Source: Escherichia phage UPEC03. Taken from it: a stretch of DNA of 64,000 nt. Below, piece after piece: positions 58,343 through 64,000 of this stretch (its first letter is position 1; the number at the start of each line of letters is the position of its first letter). The translations under genes were made by a program, and so were the position numbers. The stretch is taken from sequence record MW250785; one strand, 5' to 3'. The notes beneath the pieces are model-generated. The model was not told the origin of the DNA. It ran no database searches and worked only from the letters and a program-made list of their open reading frames with translations.

Positions 58343-59632
58343 TTATTTCAATTTCTTCGAAAGTTCTTTCAAATCATTGAGATATTCAGTTTTCGGGGTC
58401 GTTTCTTCCCAGTATTTCAGTTGCTTACGCAGTTCGTTCGCTTCGTCTTCCAGCTTTTGACGTTCATCCGTGGTTAGATGATAGATGTTCATTGCAACCA
58501 GAATTTCGGCGTGGTTCTCGCAACCCGTCCACGTAGAGACAAGTTTAACCGCTTCGCTGCGACTAAGCCCCTTCAATGCGTCAGGCTGTGCGATCATCTG
58601 GTCGATGAAGTCAACCTTCGCCAGCGCTTTATCTAACGCTTCCTTAGTCTCCTGGATGCGTTTATCAATACGCTGTTGGTAAACACCAATACGGATATCA
58701 ACGAAGTCTTTCAGCAACGTTTCAGGACGCTCGTATGAATGCAGTTTCCCGTTAAAGATAACGTTGATGTTCGGGTTTGAGTTCTCAATCAATCCGAAAT
58801 CTTTCAGGATCTTCTCACGGGTAAGCCCGTTTGCGTACTCACGTTTAAGGGTGATTTCGTAGCGGAAATCTTCTTTCGATAGATCCTTATAGCTTACGAT
58901 ATACCCTTTTTCTTCCAGCTTATCCAGAATAGAGATATATTTCACGCGATCATACTTGACCGGAATCTCTGTGATCACCAGTTTGGTTTTACCCTGGAGT
59001 TCGTACTTGCCGTACATCGTACCGTTTTCGATGTCGCCTTTGAAATGCGGGTATTTCAGATCCAGCGTGAAATCTTTCCCGTTCAGGTAACTAACACATC
59101 CATTCAGAACCGAAACCGGATCGTGTGGTGGAATGTTGGTAGCGTATGCTTTCGCAATCCCGCTGAACCCGTTCACCAATACCATCGGAATGATTGGCAG
59201 GTAATAGGCTGGCGGTACGTGTTCAGGATCTTCATGCGGAATTGTTAAATCCTCGTCCATGTAGATAGCCTTGAACAGCGGAGACAGTTTACATTTAATG
59301 TAACGCGGTGCGCCCGGCTTCTTAACCAAACGGGAACCAAAGAACCCATCACGATCGAAAAGCGGGATGTTATTGCACCAATGCGCCGCCATAAGAGACA
59401 ATGCCTCTTCAACGGATGTTTCCCCGTGGTGATAACCATACATAGCAACACCGCCAGCGATAGAGGCTACTTTCTGGAAGCCTGTACCGCCTTTCGCTGC
59501 GGAATGCACGAAGAAACGGTGAACGGGTTTGAACCCGTCTACCAGGTGCGGGATCGCACGAGAATAAATTGTGTAGAGGGCAAACGTAAGCCCTTCTACC
59601 TGCACAACATCTTTAATACTTCTTTCCATCAT
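58343..59632 (-). CDS. 52: DNA topoisomerase II medium subunit gp52 (GyrA-like)
   Basis: VDGFKPVHRFFVH, ASIAGGVAMYGYHHGE, PAYYLPIIPMVLVNGFSGIA match T4 gp52. Confidence 0.93.
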   Translation of the reverse strand: MMERSIKDVVQVEGLTFALYTIYSRAIPHLVDGFKPVHRFFVHSAAKGGTGFQKVASIAGGVAMYGYHHGETSVEEALSLMAAHWCNNIPLFDRDGFFGSRLVKKPGAPRYIKCKLSPLFKAIYMDEDLTIPHEDPEHVPPAYYLPIIPMVLVNGFSGIAKAYATNIPPHDPVSVLNGCVSYLNGKDFTLDLKYPHFKGDIENGTMYGKYELQGKTKLVITEIPVKYDRVKYISILDKLEEKGYIVSYKDLSKEDFRYEITLKREYANGLTREKILKDFGLIENSNPNINVIFNGKLHSYERPETLLKDFVDIRIGVYQQRIDKRIQETKEALDKALAKVDFIDQMIAQPDALKGLSRSEAVKLVSTWTGCENHAEILVAMNIYHLTTDERQKLEDEANELRKQLKYWEETTPKTEYLNDLKELSKKLK

Positions 59633-61530
59633 TTCACCGAAAATTTATGTTTTCCGTTCACCCAGTCTTTACGCGGATCGGATTCATCACCGAAACACAG
59701 TTCCAGAACGTCTTTGTGTTCGTCACCCAGTACGATTGTATCGTATTTTAACTGGTCGCCCAACACCCGATCGTAATCTTCTTTACGTAAAGAACCCAGC
59801 CCTTTGATATATCGTACCTCTTTCGCCTTATCGCGGAACGGTGCGAAATCTTCAAGGGAGTAGAACCATTTTTCATCTTTACCGACTTTCGCAATGATAA
59901 TCGGTGTGCGGATATAACGGATCTTTTTCTTCTCGAACAACTCAGGCCAGCGGCTAAAGAACGCAATCAGTAGGGTGAGAATATCGCCCCCGTCAACGTC
60001 CGCATCGACCATGATCCCGATGTTGTCGTAAGTCATTTCGGAAGAGTCGCCTGGATGGAGATTCAGGATCGCCATGAGTTCAGACAATTCTTTGTTTTTG
60101 AGCACTTCTAAGTTACTCATTCCCCAGGTGTTCAACGGTTTGCCACGTAGCGGAAATGCGCCTTGTGTCTCTTCGTTTCTGCACTCGATAAACTGCCCCA
60201 CAGCGGAATCACCCTCGGTCAGAAACAAAGTGGTTTCTACCCCGTCAGTGTCGATCCCTGATGCCGGAACATGTTTTGCAACCTTCGCCTTTTTCGCTTT
60301 CTTCTTCGCTTTGGTAATGGCTGCGGCTTCTGCTGCCTGTTTGCGAATCAGAGCGGACTCAATGATCGGAGTGATTATTTCAGAAGTATCCATAATCTGT
60401 TTCGCGATCTTTTTGTAGTTCAGTCCGGCGTGGTTGTTGAACTCCCCAGCGGTGTTAGTCAGTTTTTCTTTCGTCTGACTATCAAAAGCTGGTGCATTGA
60501 AGTTATGCAAAAACACAACCAAAGTCAAGCATTCTTTTACACGGGCTTTCGGGATCTCGATAGCGTGTGTTTTCTTGATCATCGGTTCGAGTTCGGAATA
60601 GATACCGTCGATCATGGTGTCAACATGAACACCGCCGTTTTTCGTATCCAGACCGTTAACGAAGGATTTCTGTTTGAAACCGTCTTCTGTGCTCGCCAAG
60701 ATGAAACTGATTTTGTTGTTTGTCTGGGTAATCGTTTTATCGCCGTACATCGCGCCATACATCGCGAATTTGTTCGGGAGGATATCGCCGTTATATGTGA
60801 ATTTAACGGCAGGGAAAGCCACTGCAAGCGCCATAAGGCGATCTTTGATGACTTCCTTTGTCTCTTCGTCGATACCGTCCACACCGAAGATAGAGAAGTC
60901 AGGGGTAAACTTAACGGTTGTCCCTTGCTCCTTCGTCGGGCTGGTGCGGTAATCCATGTTCTGCGCCCCGTCCGTACAGTTGATCGTGACTTTGCGTTTA
61001 CCGTTGGATGTTTCGCCGATAAAGATCGCGCTGTAACAGTTTGTCAGGAAAGAACCTACACCGTTCATCCCCATTGTTACGCGGTTTTCGTCATCGAAGT
61101 TAGAACCGGATTTAGCCATTGTCCAGGCTGCAACAGGTTTAGGAACAATCTTCCCTTCCGGCGTTCTCACGTCATCTTGTGGAATACCGCGCCCGTTGTC
61201 CGAAATCGTTACCAGATTGTGATCAATCTTCACTTCGATTTTGTTCGCATATTTGAAATCAGTTCGGATCGCTTCGTCGATGGAGTTATCCAGGATTTCG
61301 TTGATGATTTTCACCAACCCTTCCACGTATTCCACTTTGCGGAATTGCCCCATGATAAAACGTTCATGGGCTTCTTTGTTCACTGAACCCACGTACATAT
61401 TCGGACGTTTGCGAATGTGATCGCGATCGCTCAAGCAGAATGATTCATCCACCTTAGCGCCCTTTGCTGGGGCTTCTGGTGCTTTCTGCGGCTCGTTATC
61501 GTCCATTAAGAAATCTAAACTCATATTCAC
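59629..61530 (-). CDS. 39: DNA topoisomerase II large subunit gp39 (GyrB-like ATPase + Toprim; includes gp60-equivalent region)
   Basis: 633 aa; EILDNSIDEAIRT, DNGRGIP, GMNGVGSFLTN, TLFLTEGDSAVG match T4 gp39; length suggests 39/60 fusion. Confidence 0.93.
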   Translation of the reverse strand: MNMSLDFLMDDNEPQKAPEAPAKGAKVDESFCLSDRDHIRKRPNMYVGSVNKEAHERFIMGQFRKVEYVEGLVKIINEILDNSIDEAIRTDFKYANKIEVKIDHNLVTISDNGRGIPQDDVRTPEGKIVPKPVAAWTMAKSGSNFDDENRVTMGMNGVGSFLTNCYSAIFIGETSNGKRKVTINCTDGAQNMDYRTSPTKEQGTTVKFTPDFSIFGVDGIDEETKEVIKDRLMALAVAFPAVKFTYNGDILPNKFAMYGAMYGDKTITQTNNKISFILASTEDGFKQKSFVNGLDTKNGGVHVDTMIDGIYSELEPMIKKTHAIEIPKARVKECLTLVVFLHNFNAPAFDSQTKEKLTNTAGEFNNHAGLNYKKIAKQIMDTSEIITPIIESALIRKQAAEAAAITKAKKKAKKAKVAKHVPASGIDTDGVETTLFLTEGDSAVGQFIECRNEETQGAFPLRGKPLNTWGMSNLEVLKNKELSELMAILNLHPGDSSEMTYDNIGIMVDADVDGGDILTLLIAFFSRWPELFEKKKIRYIRTPIIIAKVGKDEKWFYSLEDFAPFRDKAKEVRYIKGLGSLRKEDYDRVLGDQLKYDTIVLGDEHKDVLELCFGDESDPRKDWVNGKHKFSVK

Positions 61531-61569
61531 CTCGTTATTAGTTCTCAGGCATTATATAGGGTTCTATGA

Positions 61570-61595
61570 AAAAGAAAACCCCTTTCGGGGTTTTA
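61570..61595 (-). terminator. Intrinsic terminator (- strand)
   Basis: On - strand: aaaacccc-gaaa-ggggtttt followed by T-run. Confidence 0.7.
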
Positions 61596-61757
61596 CTTGT
61601 TGTACGGGAATCCGTCTTTCACCATCTGCGGCTTATCAACCGTTCGTTTCGCCTCGCCCCCGCAATCACAATCTTTCGGTTCGTCGCGGCTTGCGATGCT
61701 GGACATTTTCGGAAATTCTTTTTCGCACTTGGTGCATTTATAGGTATATGTTGGCAT
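61593..61757 (-). CDS. FmdB-like zinc-ribbon small protein
   Basis: MPTYTYKCTKCEKEF…CDCGGEAKR zinc-ribbon pattern; ATG overlaps upstream stop. Confidence 0.45.
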   Translation of the reverse strand: MPTYTYKCTKCEKEFPKMSSIASRDEPKDCDCGGEAKRTVDKPQMVKDGFPYNK

Positions 61758-62188
61758 TAATAAATCTCTGACAATGGAATAAAACGGATCGGGGTTGCGG
61801 CTTTGCTGAAAACACATTGCTTGTTCCCTGCAAACATGAGATCAGTTTCGTACACCATACAAATATATCCCTGATTCTCCAAAATTTGCCGCTCCCAGCT
61901 ATCGAACCATTTAGACAACTTCTGCAATGAAGAGAAGCCGAAAATATAGCTACGATAATTTTTACCATGTTTTTTGAGGTTACGCATTAAACGAAGGTCT
62001 TCGCATGGTGCGGGGTGACGAGTCTCGGAGATACCGAAGTTTAAACCGAACTCGATTCCATGAATATCGAGATACTCATAGAGATCGTCTTCATCACCGA
62101 CACAACCCGTGTACGGGCCTAATTGCTTACACCATCCATCATATTTGGATAATATAGACGCTTTCAATTCAACGCGATAAACCAACAT
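61757..62188 (-). CDS. Hypothetical protein
   Basis: 143 aa ORF. Confidence 0.5.
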   Translation of the reverse strand: MLVYRVELKASILSKYDGWCKQLGPYTGCVGDEDDLYEYLDIHGIEFGLNFGISETRHPAPCEDLRLMRNLKKHGKNYRSYIFGFSSLQKLSKWFDSWERQILENQGYICMVYETDLMFAGNKQCVFSKAATPIRFIPLSEIY

Positions 62189-62208
62189 GATCCGATCCTC
62201 GTAATTGA

Positions 62209-62808
62209 TTAACTACAAGTAGAGTACCACTTATCTAATTTCTTATCAAGCAGTTTATTGATCACTTGCGCGATTTCTGTTGTTCCGTGGGTTGTACCCA
62301 GTTTCAGATAAATCACATCCAACGCACACACGATCGCATCAACGCTTTCTTCGACGATATCACCGCCGCGTTGAGGCTGAACGAGACATTCGGAGATCTC
62401 CCCAACCTCTGCGGACAGGTGGTGAACCACGTCGCTAACGGTTCGTTTTTTGACGCTATGAGCGGTCTTGAAAAACTTATCCAGAACTACAGCGGAATTT
62501 TCGCGCGGTACTTCCTCACCTTTATTGACGTGGATCGTAATTTCAGTTTCTGGTTCTGGTGCAACCCATACCGGATTGAAAAGCCCTTTCATATCGTTGA
62601 ACTTGATAGGAACGGGAATACCTTCAAGATAAAGAATCCCTGTTTCTTCATACACCATACTGATCCGGCGTGGTGAATTGAAGTCCATCGGGTTCTTACG
62701 CAACGCATCATACATACGACGAATCGGGTCGGCTTCGGATGCCATTTGACACACAGCCATTAACATAGATTTCGGGGCGTACATATCACCAATTTTATAC
62801 TTGCTCAT
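62209..62808 (-). CDS. Hypothetical protein with MazG-like NTP pyrophosphohydrolase-type C-terminal region (candidate)
   Basis: HHLSAEVGEISECLV…EESVDAIVCALDVIYL resembles MazG EExxE helical core. Confidence 0.35.
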   Translation of the reverse strand: MSKYKIGDMYAPKSMLMAVCQMASEADPIRRMYDALRKNPMDFNSPRRISMVYEETGILYLEGIPVPIKFNDMKGLFNPVWVAPEPETEITIHVNKGEEVPRENSAVVLDKFFKTAHSVKKRTVSDVVHHLSAEVGEISECLVQPQRGGDIVEESVDAIVCALDVIYLKLGTTHGTTEIAQVINKLLDKKLDKWYSTCS

Positions 62809-63094
62809 TTACAATACCTTTATGATAACCAACAATAAAACAGTTCACTTCTGGACGTTCGCCGGGAAAATGCACACATTGCATGACGCGTTCAGCCATG
62901 AGTTCTTCGCCCAAATAAACAGAGGTTGTTTCTTCGTTGTAATGGCAATCATACGAAGTTTTAACACTCATACCAGGCAATCCGGCAATATGCATAAACT
63001 TTGAGTTCGTGCATGGTTTTCCCTCGATGCTTTTTCCGTTTACATCAAACGTCATATGCATTTCGGTTTTGCTGTTCTTTGGGCGTCTGCTCAT
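62795..63094 (-). CDS. Hypothetical protein
   Basis: 99 aa ORF. Confidence 0.45.
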   Translation of the reverse strand: MSRRPKNSKTEMHMTFDVNGKSIEGKPCTNSKFMHIAGLPGMSVKTSYDCHYNEETTSVYLGEELMAERVMQCVHFPGERPEVNCFIVGYHKGIVNEQV

Positions 63095-63681
63095 TTATTC
63101 ACAACCTCATTATATGTTTTCAGGTTCCATTCATGCACTTCCGGCACTTTGGAGTAATGATCCAGGAATACTAACTGGACTTGCATAACACTAGCACGAT
63201 CCATATTGAAAAGGAAGCGTTGCGGGGAAGTAATACACAGAAAATCTTCGGTACTTCCTCTGCTTGCGCTAAACTCTTTTGTTTCTCCGCCGTCAAATTT
63301 AGCATATACAGGCGTAGAAAAATACGGGGCGAATAGTTCGCGTTTGGAATCGTCCGTAATCGCACTGAAACACACGTCTACGAGCTTTCCGGTTCCTTCC
63401 CGTCTGATGGTGAGCATTGTCCCTTTCGTGCGCCCTAAGACGTTTACAGAGCGCGTAGTGACATCACCAAAAGCGTTTGTGTAACTCACAGTCTCCACAA
63501 AGCCCATATCACGACGCTGTTGTAGCATTGCTTCGTGTTGTGCTTCTGCATCCTGTTCTACTACTCGTTGTGCGGCTTCATACGCCGCTTTGTTCGGATC
63601 TCTTGATTGCCATGCGAAGAATAAAACCCCTGCGGCTATCAGTCCGAAGATTGACCAACTTGCGGTCGCTGATAGTTTCAT
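63091..63681 (-). CDS. Hypothetical protein with N-terminal signal-anchor/TM
   Basis: N-terminal WSIFGLIAAGVLFFAW hydrophobic segment. Confidence 0.5.
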   Translation of the reverse strand: MKLSATASWSIFGLIAAGVLFFAWQSRDPNKAAYEAAQRVVEQDAEAQHEAMLQQRRDMGFVETVSYTNAFGDVTTRSVNVLGRTKGTMLTIRREGTGKLVDVCFSAITDDSKRELFAPYFSTPVYAKFDGGETKEFSASRGSTEDFLCITSPQRFLFNMDRASVMQVQLVFLDHYSKVPEVHEWNLKTYNEVVNK

Positions 63682-63713
63682 TTTAATATTCCAAAGGGGC
63701 CGAAGCCCCGATT

Positions 63714-63995
63714 TTAGCGAAGATAGCGAACGTACCCGCTACGGTCGATCGCGTTCTCTGGGTTGTTGAAGATATTACCGCGAATACCCTTAGCAGGTGC
63801 TTTCCATCCTGCGGCTTTCAGGATATTGCCGTCATTGTCGATGAAGCCAGCAACTGAACGCTGATTGAACATTTCACCAGTTTCTTTGTTGCGGGTATCC
63901 TGCACGATACGGTGATACTTACGGCCTTTTTCCAGAACGAACACAGTTTCGGTGTAATCGCTGAACCACATGCCAGTGTTACGGCCTTTATGCAT
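63714..63995 (-). CDS. Hypothetical protein
   Basis: 93 aa ORF at window edge. Confidence 0.45.
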   Translation of the reverse strand: MHKGRNTGMWFSDYTETVFVLEKGRKYHRIVQDTRNKETGEMFNQRSVAGFIDNDGNILKAAGWKAPAKGIRGNIFNNPENAIDRSGYVRYLR

Positions 63996-64000
63996 CGCGT

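Overview
This window reads as a T4-like myovirus (Straboviridae/Tevenvirinae-type) genome segment, identified by comparing ORF translations with T4 protein sequences recalled from memory; no database search was run. The + strand carries the late morphogenesis block gp15 (partial)-16-17-18-19-20-67-68-21-22-23-24 with TATAAATA late promoters, then uvsY; uvsW/uvsW.1 are convergent on the - strand. A long accessory region of mostly early genes follows: rnlB, a Nampt-family nadV, two tandem DNA amino-methyltransferases (one Dam), nrdC, endonuclease VII, an intron-less nrdD, nrdG, two paralogous GIY-YIG homing endonucleases and many hypotheticals. After that come the long-tail-fibre locus 34-35-36-37-38 and holin t, then - strand early genes including rIIB, rIIA and topoisomerase II 52 and 39. 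Gene order differs from T4 itself. The most notable observations are: (1) a perfect 91-bp tandem duplication that frameshifts a distal tail-fibre gene; (2) a long inverted-repeat element flanked by 11-bp direct repeats between gene 24 and uvsY; (3) candidate counter-defence genes, namely two tandem small proteins resembling DUF2829/Tad2 sponges, nadV, and an Arr-like ADP-ribosyltransferase candidate; (4) an opposite-strand kinase + HAD nucleotidase island. All family assignments for non-core genes are hypotheses from motif recognition. No tRNA, CRISPR array or group I intron was found.
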